Shown piece by piece: positions 8,768-19,745 of a stretch of DNA of 64,000 bases (positions within the stretch are counted from its first letter, which is position 1; each line of letters opens with the position of its first letter). A program made the position numbers and the translations under genes. The stretch covers positions 429-64,428 of the forward strand of contig JAOTWJ010000003.1 of the NCBI GenBank assembly GCA_029862925.1, read 5' to 3'. The DNA is from Gemmatimonadota bacterium (lineage in GTDB: Bacteria > Gemmatimonadota > Gemmatimonadetes > Gemmatimonadales > GWC2-71-9). The notes beneath the pieces are model-generated. The model did no database searches. It was not told the origin of the DNA and saw nothing but the letters and a program-made list of their open reading frames with translations.

Positions 8768-9588
8768 CCCCGATGTCCCTGACGCGCCCGCTGACTGTCG
8801 GACTGGTCCTGCTGGCAGTCCGCCCGGCTGCCGCGCAGACGTTTTCCGATTCCAGTTTCGCCCTCGCCGTGCGGCTCGTGACCGAGGGCCAGGGCGATTC
8901 CGCGCGGGCGCTGGTGCGCACCCGTCTCGCGGCGATCGCGCGCGGCGACTCCCTTTACGCCGAGGGCCTGTTCGCCGCCGGCCTCGTCGCCGCACAGATG
9001 GACAGCGCCCTCGCCGCGTTCCGGCGCCTGAGCATCGAGTATTCCCAGTCTCCGTGGGCAGACGACGCGCTCCTGCGCATGGCGCAGCTCAGTTTTGCCG
9101 CCCGGGACCTCGCAACCGCCCGCCGTTCGGCGGATCGCGTGCTCGCCGACTACCCATTCAGCGATGTGCGGGCGGCCGCGGCCTACTGGGCGGCGCGTGT
9201 GCGGCTCGAGGAGGCGCAGCTCGCCGAAGCCTGCCCCTTGCTGGATCAGGCCGTGCAGGAGGCCGGGGACGATGTGGAGCTGGCCAACCGGGCCCGATTC
9301 TACCGGCAGCGGTGCACCGGCGCGGCGCGGACCGATACCGCGGCACCCGTTCGCGCACCCCGCCTGACGTTTGCCGTTCAGGTCACCGCGGTCGGGTCGG
9401 CGGCGGCAACCGACGACATCATGCGTCGGCTGGCCGCGGCGGGCTACGCGTCACGCGTCGTGTTCGACGACGGGCTGTACAAAGTGCGCGTGGGACAGTA
9501 CGCCAGCCGGGAACAGGCCCAACAGGCACAAGCCGACCTCCGCCGCCAATTCGGCGGGTCGCCCTTTGTGGTTGAGGAGCGACGGTGA
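8764..9588 (+). CDS. Secreted TPR (CpoB/BamD-like) + SPOR domain protein
   Basis: Signal peptide AAA|Q; EYSQSPWADDALLRMAQ TPR; C-term FAVQV..GLYKVRVGQYASREQA SPOR. Confidence 0.82.
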   Translation: MTPMSLTRPLTVGLVLLAVRPAAAQTFSDSSFALAVRLVTEGQGDSARALVRTRLAAIARGDSLYAEGLFAAGLVAAQMDSALAAFRRLSIEYSQSPWADDALLRMAQLSFAARDLATARRSADRVLADYPFSDVRAAAAYWAARVRLEEAQLAEACPLLDQAVQEAGDDVELANRARFYRQRCTGAARTDTAAPVRAPRLTFAVQVTAVGSAAATDDIMRRLAAAGYASRVVFDDGLYKVRVGQYASREQAQQAQADLRRQFGGSPFVVEERR

Positions 9589-12176
9589 CCAGGACGTCCG
9601 CGGGGCCGCCCGACACCCCGCTGATGCAGCAATACCGCGAGATCAAGCGTCAGCACGCGGATGCCGTCCTGTTCTTTCGCATGGGCGACTTCTACGAGAT
9701 GTTCTTCGACGACGCCCGGCTCGCCGCGCGCGAGTTGGGCCTGACCCTCACCTCGCGGAACAACGGCGGGGCAGCGCACGTGCCGCTCGCCGGTGTCCCG
9801 GTCAAGGCGGCCACCGAATACGTGCGCCGGCTGGTGCAGCGTGGCTACCGGGTGGCCATCTGCGAGCAGGTCGAAGACCCGAAGACCGCCAAGGGCGTCG
9901 TCCGGCGGGAGGTGGTCGAGACCGTCACCCCCGGGGCGGTCATCGCTGACGACCTGCTCGAGGGCGTCGGCAACAACTTCCTGGTCGCGCTCGCGCCCGG
10001 CCCGCCGGCCGGACTGGCCGCGCTCGACGTCTCGACCGGCGAACTGCTGCTTGAGACGGCGGCCCCGGAGGACGTGGGTGCGCTGCTCGCGCGCTATGCC
10101 CCGCGGGAGATCGTCCTGCCGGCCGGACACGTCGTGCCGGGCCTCCCGGACGGCCCGATGCGTACCGAGCGCGAGGCCTGGGAGTTCGACGCGACGCTTG
10201 GCACAGACGAGCTCTGCCGCCAGTTCGGAGTGCAGCATCTCGCCGGGCTCGACATCACCGCGGCCGAGGCGCCCGCCGTGGCCGCCGCCGCCGCGCTGCT
10301 CCATTACGTCCGCGAACTGCAGCCGGCTGGACTGCCGCAACTCGCTCGGCCGAGCGTGCGGCGCCCCGCCGGCGTGATGATCCTGGACGAGATGACACGG
10401 CGGAACCTCGAGTTGGTCGAGCCCATGCGTCCGGCGGACGGGGACACGACGCTGCTTTCGGTCATCAATCGCACGGTCACCCCCATGGGCACGCGGCTGC
10501 TCCGGCAGTGGCTCCTGGCGCCGTTACGCGATCTCGAGGCCATCCGCGCCCGTCACGAGGCGGTTGGCGTCCTCGCCGCGGACGCGCGGGCCCGCGACGG
10601 GCTGCGGGCGGCCCTCGATGGCGTGCGCGATGTCGAGCGCCTCGCCAGCCGCATCGCCGCCCGGCGGGGCGCGCCGCGCGACCTCGGCGGGCTGCGCGAT
10701 ACGCTTCGACGCCTGCCCGACGTACGCGCCGCCCTGAACGGACTCGCGGGACGGGATGGCAGTGCCGAGCTCGAACGGCTGTCGACCACGCTCGACCTCG
10801 TCGCCGATCTCCGGGACCGGCTGGCGCACTCGTTGGTCGACCGACCGCCCGCCGCGCTGGGCGACGGTGAGACCATACGAGCCGGGGTCGATCCCGCCCT
10901 CGACGAGCAGCGCGACCTGCGCGACGGGGGCAAGCAGTTCATCGCGAGCCTGCAGGCACGCGAGCGGGAGCGGACCGGCATCGCCTCCCTCAAAGTCGGC
11001 TACAACCGGGTCTTCGGATACTATCTCGAGATTACGAAGGCGCACCGCCACGCAGTCCCCGCGCACTACGAGCGGCGTCAGACCCTCACCGGTGCCGAGC
11101 GGTACGTCACGCCGGAGCTCAAGGAATACGAAGCGAAGGTGCTCCAGGCCGAGGAGCAGGTTCTCGGGCGCGAGCGGGAGCTGTTCGACGCGCTGTGCGC
11201 GGACGTGACGGCGCAGCTCGCCCGTCTGCAGACGACGGCACGCGTGCTCGCGGCGCTGGACACGTATGCCAGTTTTGCCGAGACCGCCGCGCGGGAGGGC
11301 TACGTCCGCCCGGTGATGGTACCCGAGCCGGTGCTCGAGCTGCGGGCGTCCCGCCACCCGGTGGTGGAGCAGCGACTGCCGCGCGGCAAGTTCATTCCCA
11401 ACGACGTCCGCCTGGACGACGCGCAGCGGGTCATCCTGCTGACGGGACCGAACATGGCCGGCAAGTCCACCGTGTTGCGTCAGCTGGGGCTCGCCGTGGT
11501 GCTCGCGCAGGCCGGCGCCTTCGTGCCCGCCGAGGCCGCAACGCTCGGGCTCGTCGACCGCGTCTTCACCCGGGTGGGCGCGAGCGACAGCCTCGGCCTC
11601 GGGCAGTCCACGTTCATGGTGGAGATGAGCGAGACCAGTGCGATCCTCAGCGCCGCCACGGCACGAAGCCTCGTGCTGCTCGACGAGATCGGACGCGGCA
11701 CGGCCACATACGACGGCGTGGCGATCGCGTGGGCGGTGACCGAGCACCTGCACGACCGGGTCGGGTGCAAGACGGTGTTCGCCACGCACTACCACGAGCT
11801 CACGCAGCTGACCGAGGAGCTCGCGCATGCGCGCAACTTCAACGTGGCGGTTCACGAGTCCGGCCACGATATCGTGTTCCTCTATCGTCTGCAGCCCGGG
11901 GGTGCCGATCGCTCGTACGGCATCCACGTGGGCCGCCTCGCGGGCCTGCCGGCGGCGGTGGTGCAGCGAGCGGGCGAGATTCTGATCATGTTGGAGCAGG
12001 GCCACCACGTGGCGGGCCGCACGCCGCTACCGATGCCCAACGGGCAGCAGTTGCCGCTCTTCGCCGCGGAGCACCCGGTGGTGAAGGCCCTGCACGCGCT
12101 CGACCCGCACACGATGACACCGATCGAGGCGCTGGCCCGGCTGGCGGCTCTCAAACGACAAGCGGAGGAGCCGTGA
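9585..12176 (+). CDS. mutS: DNA mismatch repair protein MutS
   Basis: TPLMQQY, RMGDFYEMF, TGPNMAGKST, STFMVEM, DEIGRGT, FATHYHEL, SYGIHV. Confidence 0.98.
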   Translation: MTRTSAGPPDTPLMQQYREIKRQHADAVLFFRMGDFYEMFFDDARLAARELGLTLTSRNNGGAAHVPLAGVPVKAATEYVRRLVQRGYRVAICEQVEDPKTAKGVVRREVVETVTPGAVIADDLLEGVGNNFLVALAPGPPAGLAALDVSTGELLLETAAPEDVGALLARYAPREIVLPAGHVVPGLPDGPMRTEREAWEFDATLGTDELCRQFGVQHLAGLDITAAEAPAVAAAAALLHYVRELQPAGLPQLARPSVRRPAGVMILDEMTRRNLELVEPMRPADGDTTLLSVINRTVTPMGTRLLRQWLLAPLRDLEAIRARHEAVGVLAADARARDGLRAALDGVRDVERLASRIAARRGAPRDLGGLRDTLRRLPDVRAALNGLAGRDGSAELERLSTTLDLVADLRDRLAHSLVDRPPAALGDGETIRAGVDPALDEQRDLRDGGKQFIASLQARERERTGIASLKVGYNRVFGYYLEITKAHRHAVPAHYERRQTLTGAERYVTPELKEYEAKVLQAEEQVLGRERELFDALCADVTAQLARLQTTARVLAALDTYASFAETAAREGYVRPVMVPEPVLELRASRHPVVEQRLPRGKFIPNDVRLDDAQRVILLTGPNMAGKSTVLRQLGLAVVLAQAGAFVPAEAATLGLVDRVFTRVGASDSLGLGQSTFMVEMSETSAILSAATARSLVLLDEIGRGTATYDGVAIAWAVTEHLHDRVGCKTVFATHYHELTQLTEELAHARNFNVAVHESGHDIVFLYRLQPGGADRSYGIHVGRLAGLPAAVVQRAGEILIMLEQGHHVAGRTPLPMPNGQQLPLFAAEHPVVKALHALDPHTMTPIEALARLAALKRQAEEP

Positions 12177-12586
12177 CGACACGGTGGACGACGTGGCTGG
12201 TGGTGGGGAGCGTCCCGCTGGCCTGCGGCGGCGACGCGCCGCGCAGTCCCGGCGAAGACACCAGCGGCGCTTCGCGGGGCTTTGAAGCGCCGGTGCTCAT
12301 GAATCCGGAGGCGCCGGTCCGCTACCCGGCGACCCTCTACAACAGCCGGACCGACGGCTCCGTCGTCCTGCGGTTGTACGTGAACGAAGCCGGGACCGTG
12401 ATTCCGGAGTCCACTCGGGTTGCCGAAGGAAGTGGACAGGCCGCGTTCGACTCGGCCGCCGTCGCGGGCGTGCCGGCCATGCGGTTTGCACCGGCGCGCC
12501 GCGACGGCCTCCCGGTCGCGACGCTGTTCCTGCAACCCGTCCATTTCCGCCACCCCCAGGGACCGGTGTCCGGGGGAGGACGCTAG
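12173..12586 (+). CDS. TonB C-terminal domain (lipo)protein
   Basis: LAC lipobox-like; PVRYP, GSVVLRLYVNEAG, AFDSAAV, FAPARRDG; GTGA overlap with mutS. Confidence 0.8.
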   Translation: MTTRWTTWLVVGSVPLACGGDAPRSPGEDTSGASRGFEAPVLMNPEAPVRYPATLYNSRTDGSVVLRLYVNEAGTVIPESTRVAEGSGQAAFDSAAVAGVPAMRFAPARRDGLPVATLFLQPVHFRHPQGPVSGGGR

Positions 12587-12588
12587 CG

Positions 12589-13974
12589 ATGCCCGTTCAT
12601 GCCCGTCCGTACGCGTCGGTGATCGAGACGATCGGCTGGACCCCCCTGATCCGCCTGCAGCGGGTGACGGCCGGGATCCGGACGCCGGTCTACGGGAAAG
12701 CCGAGTTCTTCAACCCCGGCGGCTCGGTCAAGGACCGGATCGGGATCGCGATCATCGAGGACGCCGAGCGGCGTGGCGACCTCAAGCCCGGAGGCACGAT
12801 CGTGGAGGGCACGTCGGGGAACACCGGCGTGGGGCTCGCACTCGCGGCGGCCATCAAGGGCTACCGCTGCATCTTCACGCTGCCCGACAAGATGTCGAGC
12901 GAGAAGGTCCGCCTGCTGAAGGCCTTCGGCGCCGAGGTGATCATCACGCCGACCGCGGTACCACCGGACCATCCCGACAACTACGTCATGAAGGCCAAGG
13001 CCATCGTCAAGGCCACCCCCGGCGCCATGCTCGCCAACCAGTTCTACAACCAGGTGAATCCGGAGGCGCACTACCGCACGACCGGGCCGGAGCTGTGGGA
13101 GCAGACCGAAGGCCGTATCACCCACTTCGTGGCAGCCGCCGGCACCGGCGGGACGCTCAGCGGCGTCGGCCGGTTCCTCAAGGAGAAGAACCCGGCGATC
13201 CGGATCGTCGCCGGCGATCCGGAGGGGTCGATCCTCGCCGGCTACGCCGGCACCGGCACCGTGGGCGACGGGCACCCGTACAAGGTGGAAGGGATCGGCA
13301 ACGACAAGGTGCCCGAGACGCTCCACTATCAGTACGTCGACGAGTTCCATACCGTGAGCGACGCGACCGCCTTCCAGATGGCGCGCCGCCTCGTGCGGGA
13401 AGAGGGGCTCTTCGTCGGCGGGTCCACCGGACTCAACGTGACCGTCGCGCTCGCCGTGGCGCGTGCCGTCGACGACCCTGACGCGTGCGTCGTCGCCCTC
13501 CTCTGTGACACCGGCGAGCGGTACCTGTCCAAGCTGTTCAACGACGAGTGGCTGCGCGAGCATCAACTGCTGCCCGCGGAGCGCATCACGGCGCACACGC
13601 TACTCGACGCCAAGGGCCGCGGCACCCCGTCGCTCGTGTCAGTCGAGGGCTCCCACACGGCGCGCCAGGCCCTCAACCTCATGGCCACCTACGACGTGTC
13701 GCAGCTGCCCGTGCTGGCGGCCGGCGCGTGCGTGGGCGCCGTCTCGGAGGCCACGCTCATGGCGCGCGCGATCGGCGACCCCTCCTCGTTGGATCGGCCG
13801 GTGCGCGACCAAATGGACCCGCCCTACCCAGTGATCGAGGACGACCTGGCGCTCGATCGATTCAGCTCGATGCTCTCGCGCGAGACGCCCGCCGTCCTGG
13901 TCCGGCACAATGGATCGCTGGTCGGCATCGTGACCCGTTACGACGTTCTGCACCACGTGCAGGGACTGCGATGA
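12589..13974 (+). CDS. cbs: Cystathionine beta-synthase (PLP enzyme with CBS domain pair)
   Basis: NPGGSVKDRIG, EGTSGNTG, GTGGT, YKVEGIG, DTGERYLSK; C-terminal CBS pair (VSQLPV, GIVTRYD). Confidence 0.92.
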   Translation: MPVHARPYASVIETIGWTPLIRLQRVTAGIRTPVYGKAEFFNPGGSVKDRIGIAIIEDAERRGDLKPGGTIVEGTSGNTGVGLALAAAIKGYRCIFTLPDKMSSEKVRLLKAFGAEVIITPTAVPPDHPDNYVMKAKAIVKATPGAMLANQFYNQVNPEAHYRTTGPELWEQTEGRITHFVAAAGTGGTLSGVGRFLKEKNPAIRIVAGDPEGSILAGYAGTGTVGDGHPYKVEGIGNDKVPETLHYQYVDEFHTVSDATAFQMARRLVREEGLFVGGSTGLNVTVALAVARAVDDPDACVVALLCDTGERYLSKLFNDEWLREHQLLPAERITAHTLLDAKGRGTPSLVSVEGSHTARQALNLMATYDVSQLPVLAAGACVGAVSEATLMARAIGDPSSLDRPVRDQMDPPYPVIEDDLALDRFSSMLSRETPAVLVRHNGSLVGIVTRYDVLHHVQGLR

Positions 13975-14357
13975 ACGGCGAGTACCTCCTGTCTGCCGAG
14001 ACGATGTTCGCCGCCGCGCACACACTGCCGGGGGTAGACATGTGCGCACGCCTGCACGGCCACAACTGGCGGGTGCGGGTCACCGCACGGGTGCCCGCCG
14101 ACCGGCTCGACGCCACGGGCATCGGCGTGGATTTCCGGGTCCTCGAACAGGCGACCCGCGAGGCCGTGGCCGACTTCGAGCATCGCTACCTGAACGAGCT
14201 GGACGCCTTCCGCGACCGCCCCCCGTCGGCGGAGACGATCGTGCGCGTCGTCGCCGATCGGGTGGCGGGACGAATCCGGGGCCACCCCTCGGGCGCGACG
14301 ATTGCCGAGGTCGAGCTCTGGGAAACGCCACTGTACAAAGTTTCCTACCGCCCGTGA
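13971..14357 (+). CDS. queD: 6-carboxytetrahydropterin synthase
   Basis: FAAAH, CARLHGHNW, DF, HRYLNE, PSAE, ELWET. Confidence 0.9.
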   Translation: MNGEYLLSAETMFAAAHTLPGVDMCARLHGHNWRVRVTARVPADRLDATGIGVDFRVLEQATREAVADFEHRYLNELDAFRDRPPSAETIVRVVADRVAGRIRGHPSGATIAEVELWETPLYKVSYRP

Positions 14358-15382
14358 CGCGCGTCGCGGTGCTCACCGGCGGGTCCACGCCTGAACGCGA
14401 CGTGGCGTTCGCCGGCGCCGCCCAGGTCGTGGCTGCCCTGCGGGGACTCGCCTACCACGTCACGGTGGTGGATACCACGGCGGGCGCGCTGTCCGCCGCG
14501 GAGGAAGCGCGTCTGCTCGTCCCGTCGGTAGGCCGTGAACCGCCGGACCCCGCGGTGTTGGCCCGGCTCGCCGCGCAGGAGCTCGGCCCGACCCTGGTCA
14601 CCCTGCCGACGGTGCGGGACGCGGAGCTCGTCTTCCCCGTGCTGCACGGACAGCAGGGCGAGGGTGGGGCGCTCCAGGCCTTGCTCGATCTGGCCGGAAT
14701 CCCCTACGCGGGCAGCGGGCCGCTCGGCAGCGCGCTCGCCATGGACAAGGACGTCGCCAAGCGCCTCTTCCGTGCCGGGGGCGTCCCGACGGTCGACTGG
14801 TGCCTGTGGCCAGCCAGCCCGGAAACCGTTGCCCGGCTCGGTCTTCCCTTCGTCGTCAAGCCCGTGAACGTGGGCTCAAGTGTAGGCCTGACGATCGTCC
14901 GGGATCGCGACCGCCTTCCCGCAGCCGTGGCCCTCGCGCGGGAGTTCGACGACGAAGTGATGCTCGAGCGGTTCGTGCCCGGACGCGAGTTCACGGTGGG
15001 TATCCTCGGCGATCGAGCGCTCGCCGTCGGGGAGATCATCCCGCAGCATGAGATCTTCGATTACGAATGCAAGTACACCCCCGGGATGACGCAGGAGATC
15101 TTCCCCGCAGAGATCCCGAACCCCCTGGCCGACCGACTTCGGGGACTGGCGCTGACGGCGCACGCCGCCCTGAAACTGCGCGACTTCTCCCGGGTCGATT
15201 TCCGCGTCACGGCAGAGGGCGAGATCAGCTGCCTCGAGGTCAACACGCTCCCGGGCCTCACGCGCACCAGCCTCCTGCCGCAGTCGGCTGCCGCGGTGGG
15301 CATCGCCTTCCCGGCGCTCTGCGACACCATCTGCGAACTCGCCCTGGCGCGGAGCCGCCGGGGGAACAAAGTTCCCTCCTGA
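14354..15382 (+). CDS. ddl: D-alanine--D-alanine ligase
   Basis: GGSTPERDV, LHGQQGEGG, AMDK, KPVNVGSSVG, FDYECKY, EVNTLPGLT. Confidence 0.95.
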   Translation: MTRVAVLTGGSTPERDVAFAGAAQVVAALRGLAYHVTVVDTTAGALSAAEEARLLVPSVGREPPDPAVLARLAAQELGPTLVTLPTVRDAELVFPVLHGQQGEGGALQALLDLAGIPYAGSGPLGSALAMDKDVAKRLFRAGGVPTVDWCLWPASPETVARLGLPFVVKPVNVGSSVGLTIVRDRDRLPAAVALAREFDDEVMLERFVPGREFTVGILGDRALAVGEIIPQHEIFDYECKYTPGMTQEIFPAEIPNPLADRLRGLALTAHAALKLRDFSRVDFRVTAEGEISCLEVNTLPGLTRTSLLPQSAAAVGIAFPALCDTICELALARSRRGNKVPS

Positions 15383-15403
15383 CGCGGTAGAGTCTGGGGA
15401 GCC

Positions 15404-16243
15404 ATGCCGTCGCCGTCACCGTCGCCGTTCCACCCCACCCCGTGGGTCCGCCGCCTCGTCGCGGTGAACGCCGCGGTGTATGTGCTCGCCGTGACGGTCT
15501 TCTTCGGCCGCTGGTTCGAGCAGGCCGTCGCCTTCACGCCGGCGGGGGCGGCCGCCCACCCGTGGACCTTCATCACCTACATGTTCGTCCACGGCGGCCT
15601 GCTGCACCTCGCCGTCACCATGCTGATCCTGCTCATGTTCGGGCCCGGCGTGGAGCGCCGGATGGGCGGGGCGGCCTTCCTGCGCTACTACATCCTCTGC
15701 GGGCTGGGCGGTCCCGTCGCTGCCCTCGGCATGTCGCTGTTCGCGCCCGACGTGGTGCCGTTCGTCGGCGCGTCCGCTGCCGTCTTCGGCGTCGCCCTGG
15801 CCTTTGCGCTCTACTGGCCCCGCGCCTGCGTGTTCGTGTTTCCCTTGCCCTGGCCCGTGTCGGTCAAGGTCCTGGTGGCGGTGCTGGCGGCGATGTCCCT
15901 GGTGCCGCTCGTTTTCGGGGCGCAGGGCGGCGCGGCTCATCTCGCGCACCTCGGCGGATTCGTGCTCGGATATGCCTACCTCAAGGGCAGCGACCTGGTC
16001 GAGCGGCGGACACACGTGGCGGTCGCGCCCGAGCGGGAGGCGCCGGTACTCGTCGCCCACCAGTCGGGCACGGCCAGCGGCGACGGACCCACCGAGACGC
16101 CCCGCCGGTCCGACTCACGCGATGAGGTCGCCCGGGAGATGGACCGAGTCCTCGACAAGATCTCCCGCCAGGGACTGTCCTCCCTCACGGCCGCCGAGCG
16201 CCGGTTTCTCGATGAGATGAGCCGGCAGATGCGGCAAGAGTAG
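15404..16243 (+). CDS. Rhomboid intramembrane serine protease with C-terminal DUF6576-like tail
   Basis: [13 protein letters not shown] catalytic Ser, AHLGG His; tail [17 protein letters not shown]. Confidence 0.9.
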   Translation: MPSPSPSPFHPTPWVRRLVAVNAAVYVLAVTVFFGRWFEQAVAFTPAGAAAHPWTFITYMFVHGGLLHLAVTMLILLMFGPGVERRMGGAAFLRYYILCGLGGPVAALGMSLFAPDVVPFVGASAAVFGVALAFALYWPRACVFVFPLPWPVSVKVLVAVLAAMSLVPLVFGAQGGAAHLAHLGGFVLGYAYLKGSDLVERRTHVAVAPEREAPVLVAHQSGTASGDGPTETPRRSDSRDEVAREMDRVLDKISRQGLSSLTAAERRFLDEMSRQMRQE

Positions 16244-16251
16244 CGCGGTCG

Positions 16252-16746
16252 GTGGCGCCACGCATCCGCGTCCGGCAGGGCGACATCACGACGTTCGAGG
16301 GCGACGCGATCGTCAACGCCGCCAACAACCACCTCCTCCTCGGTGTCGGCGTCGCGGGCGCGATTCGCCAGGCCGGCGGGCCGGCCATTCAGGAGGAGTG
16401 CGACCGCCACGGGCCGATTCTGGTCGGCGACGCCGCGATCACCGGCGCCGGCAAGCTCCCGGTCAGGTACGTCATCCACGCCGCGGTCATGGGCGACGAG
16501 CCCGTGTCCCCCGCCGCCATCCAGGCGGCCACCGCCGCGGCGCTCAAGCTCGCGTCCGAGCACGGCGTGGCCCGCCTCGGCATGCCCATTCTGGGCTCCG
16601 GAGTCGGCCGCATCCCGATTCAGGAGGCGGCGAGTCTGATGCTCGAGGCGATTCGCCGGTCGCCTCACGCGGACGCGGTCGAGGTCATCGTCCTCTTCGG
16701 CTACCGCGAGGCCGATGCCGCCGCCGTGGAGGCGCTCTTGGGATAG
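16252..16746 (+). CDS. Macro domain protein (ADP-ribose binding/hydrolase)
   Basis: [37 protein letters not shown]. Confidence 0.92.
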   Translation: MAPRIRVRQGDITTFEGDAIVNAANNHLLLGVGVAGAIRQAGGPAIQEECDRHGPILVGDAAITGAGKLPVRYVIHAAVMGDEPVSPAAIQAATAAALKLASEHGVARLGMPILGSGVGRIPIQEAASLMLEAIRRSPHADAVEVIVLFGYREADAAAVEALLG

Positions 16747-18743
16747 CGATCGCGCTCGCGAGCCTCGTGCTGGCCGCCGGCACGCCGGACACGACCCTGC
16801 TCGCGCGCGCGGAGTCCCTGCTCGTTCAGGGCCGCCTCCCCGAAGCCCGCCGGCTGCTCGAGCAGGCCGACCGACACACGCCCGACGACCCGGACATCCT
16901 GATGCTGCTGGGGCGGGTCCACCTCGAGTGGCCCGTTGTGGGACGGTTCAAGGCCTGGCGGCTGTTCGACCGCGCCGCCGAGCTGCGGCCCGACGACCCC
17001 GAACCGCGCTACCAGCAGATGCGCGTCGGCTTGCGGCTCGGCGGCGCGGATGGGGAGCGCCTCACCCGCGACGCCATCCTCCGCGTGCTCGCCATCCTGC
17101 CCGAGTACCGCGACGTGTGGGACACCTGGCGGTCGCTCTACCGCGGGCCCGGTCACCGCCGCCGCGCGGTCGCGGTGCTGGCCGCGTACCGCGACCCCGT
17201 TGCCACCCACCGGCTGGCGGCGCTGTGGATCGAGCTGGAAGCGTACGCCGAAGCGGACAGCGCCCTGGCGACACTCACGGCCCGTGACCCCGGGGATCCC
17301 GGCCCTTGGGCCCTCCGTGCCCAGGCGGCGCTGGAGCGGGGCGACACGGCCGCCGGCGTGGCGCACTACGATCGCGCGGTCGCCGCCGCCGCGCGGGACA
17401 CCGCGCAAGTTCTCTGGCGGCAGATCGCCCCCATCGCCTCACCCCGAGAAGAGGGCGAATACGCGGTCGCGACCCCGCAGAGCCGGCCGGCGTTCTTCCG
17501 CGCCTTCTGGGCGCGCCGCGACCCCGACCTCACCACGCCGGTGAACGAGCGCCTCGTGGAGCACTTCGCGCGCCTCCGCCGCGCGCGGCGCGACTTCCCC
17601 CTGCTGCACCCCACCTCCCGGTTCCACGAAGCCCCCTCGTGGCGTACCCTGCAGGGCGCGGTTGCGGGCACCGTGCTGCAGCAGTCGCGGGAATTCTTCA
17701 GCGGCTCCCAGGTGATCCCGGGCCGCTCCGTGTTCGAAGACGAGCTGCAGGAGCTCGGCCTCGGCGTGGATGTGCGGGACCTCCCCGAACCCGAACCGAT
17801 CACGCGCTACCGGCGGCTCGGCTTCGACGGACGCGGCCTGATCTACGTCCGGTTCGGGCGGCCAGACCACCGCTACGTCGCCCCCCGCGGCGGGGACGTG
17901 GAGGGCTGGCGCTACCGGGTGGACCGGCGCACCGTGACGGTCATCTTCGCGCGCGCGACCGCGGCCGCGTCGTTCCGCGGGGGCCCACTCATGGGCGGCG
18001 ACTTCGTGGTCTATCCCACGAGTCTCCGCGAGCTCCACAACGCGGCGCTCATGCTGGAGCGTGACGAGAGCTCGATCCGCGCGGACCGCCGCCTCGCGGC
18101 GTGGGTCGCGTTCTTCCGGGCGGCCGACGCCACCGCCGCGGCTGCCGGACTGCAGGACGTCCTCCTGGGCATCGCGGCTGACACCGCCGCCGTGGCGGCA
18201 TGGGATCCCCAGGATCGCGAGGTGGCACGGACGCACGGTCCCACGCCGCTCACCATCACTCTGCGCCACGGGCGGTACCGGTTCGGCGCCGATGCCCGGG
18301 TGGACGGCGCACTCGGCCGCCTGCGCGGATCCATGGACGTGCCCGCGCTCGCACCGGGCTGGCTCGCCGTCTCGAGCCTGCTCGCCGCCGTGACCTCCGA
18401 GCCGACGCCCGATCGGCAGGCCATGGCCCGTCACATGCCTGCCGACGTCGTGCTCCGCCGCGGCGGGCGGCCACTCACGCTGTTCGCGGAGGTGTACGAC
18501 CTGCCCGATGCGGATGGCGTGGCCCGCTACGAGGCCCACTACACGTTCGAACCGGTCGGCGGCGGCCCGTCGGTGACGTTCGCCTTTCCCCGGACGGTGC
18601 CGGCGGGTGTCGTCGTGATCGAACGTCTCCTCGTGGAGCCCGGCCAGGTCCCGCCCGGCGCGTATCGTATCACGCTGCGGGTGCGCGATCACGTGCTCGG
18701 ATTGACCGCACCAGCCGTCACGCTCCTGATCACACTGCGGTAG
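16743..18743 (+). CDS. Secreted TPR + GWxTD-like domain protein (start uncertain: ATA 16743 or GTG 16767)
   Basis: N-terminal TPRs; [23 protein letters not shown] and [16 protein letters not shown] resemble GWxTD domain; C-terminal Ig-like [12 protein letters not shown]. Confidence 0.72.
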   Translation: MAIALASLVLAAGTPDTTLLARAESLLVQGRLPEARRLLEQADRHTPDDPDILMLLGRVHLEWPVVGRFKAWRLFDRAAELRPDDPEPRYQQMRVGLRLGGADGERLTRDAILRVLAILPEYRDVWDTWRSLYRGPGHRRRAVAVLAAYRDPVATHRLAALWIELEAYAEADSALATLTARDPGDPGPWALRAQAALERGDTAAGVAHYDRAVAAAARDTAQVLWRQIAPIASPREEGEYAVATPQSRPAFFRAFWARRDPDLTTPVNERLVEHFARLRRARRDFPLLHPTSRFHEAPSWRTLQGAVAGTVLQQSREFFSGSQVIPGRSVFEDELQELGLGVDVRDLPEPEPITRYRRLGFDGRGLIYVRFGRPDHRYVAPRGGDVEGWRYRVDRRTVTVIFARATAAASFRGGPLMGGDFVVYPTSLRELHNAALMLERDESSIRADRRLAAWVAFFRAADATAAAAGLQDVLLGIAADTAAVAAWDPQDREVARTHGPTPLTITLRHGRYRFGADARVDGALGRLRGSMDVPALAPGWLAVSSLLAAVTSEPTPDRQAMARHMPADVVLRRGGRPLTLFAEVYDLPDADGVARYEAHYTFEPVGGGPSVTFAFPRTVPAGVVVIERLLVEPGQVPPGAYRITLRVRDHVLGLTAPAVTLLITLR

Positions 18744-18788
18744 CTCGCGCGAGGCCCTTGTCTCGACGCGACCGGAGGCGCAGATTCG

Positions 18789-19745
18789 GTGGCGCCTCTC
18801 ATGCTCGTCGATCTCGTCCCCGAGTTTCTCGCCGCGCTCGCTGCGCGGGATCCCGTGGACGCCTATCGCCGCTATCTCGACGCCCACCGTCCCGTCCTTG
18901 CCGCGTACTGGCGCAACTACGTGCTCGACCTCGACAGCCCGCATGCGGACGACGTCATCGGCCGTGCGCTCGCGGCCGACCACCGGGACCTGGTGCACCT
19001 GCGCGAAACGGTGAATCTCCCCAGGCTCGCCGAAGAGACGCTCCGGGCCTGTGAGGAGGTGTTCGAACTCGACCGCCCCATCGATCTGTACCTGATGGTC
19101 GGGGTCGGGGCCGCCAACGCCGGCGAGCTCGTCGTGAACGGCCGCGGCGCGGCGTTCATCTGCGTCGAGCACTTCACGGGTCGCCCCAATCCCGAGACGT
19201 ACGGCCTGGGCCTGGATCCGGGCTTGATCCCCCTCTGGATCGCCCACGAGGTCGCCCACACCGTCCGGTACACGTCTCCCGCCAGCGAGAGCGAGTTGGC
19301 GCACATCATCGCGGACACCGCTGGCACCTACGATTACTGGGAGAGCGGCAGCCGCGCGACGCTGCGGGAACTGCTCGTCAACGAGGGGCTGGCCGTCCAT
19401 GCTGCTCGCGAGGTCGCGCCGGCGTTCGAGGCGTGGGATTACCTCGGCTACAGCCGCCGCCAGTATCGCCGCCTGCGTGAGCTCGACGCGTTTCTGCGGC
19501 GCACCATCGCGGCGGAGCTGGATCAAACCGGGCTGGGCCTGCGGCTGCGCTACCTCTCGGGCGGGATGAGTCCCGCCCAGCGTCTGGTGGCGGGCAAGGT
19601 GATCCCCGAGCGGGCGGGCTACTATCTCGGGTGGCGAATGAGTGAGGCGGCCGTGGGGGAGCGCGGTATCGCCGCGGCCCTGCGGCTTTCGGCGCCCGCC
19701 GTGCTCGAACTCGACGAGCGCGCGTCGGACATGCAGACGGCATGA
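18789..19745 (+). CDS. Putative Zn-dependent peptidase (DUF2268-like gluzincin)
   Basis: AHEVAH, downstream NEGLA, RAGYYLG. Confidence 0.75.
   Translation: MAPLMLVDLVPEFLAALAARDPVDAYRRYLDAHRPVLAAYWRNYVLDLDSPHADDVIGRALAADHRDLVHLRETVNLPRLAEETLRACEEVFELDRPIDLYLMVGVGAANAGELVVNGRGAAFICVEHFTGRPNPETYGLGLDPGLIPLWIAHEVAHTVRYTSPASESELAHIIADTAGTYDYWESGSRATLRELLVNEGLAVHAAREVAPAFEAWDYLGYSRRQYRRLRELDAFLRRTIAAELDQTGLGLRLRYLSGGMSPAQRLVAGKVIPERAGYYLGWRMSEAAVGERGIAAALRLSAPAVLELDERASDMQTA

Noticed and set aside
5606..16746. NUDIX plus macrodomain as an ADP-ribosylation/defence system
   Set aside because: 10 kb apart in separate housekeeping operons; no ADP-ribosyltransferase or sirtuin nearby
17439..19526. 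Long antisense/alternative-frame ORFs (e.g. 17439-19526, 31494-33536, 39122-40975, 53495-55252)
   Set aside because: Shadows of real genes in high-GC DNA; Arg/Pro/Ala-rich with no motifs
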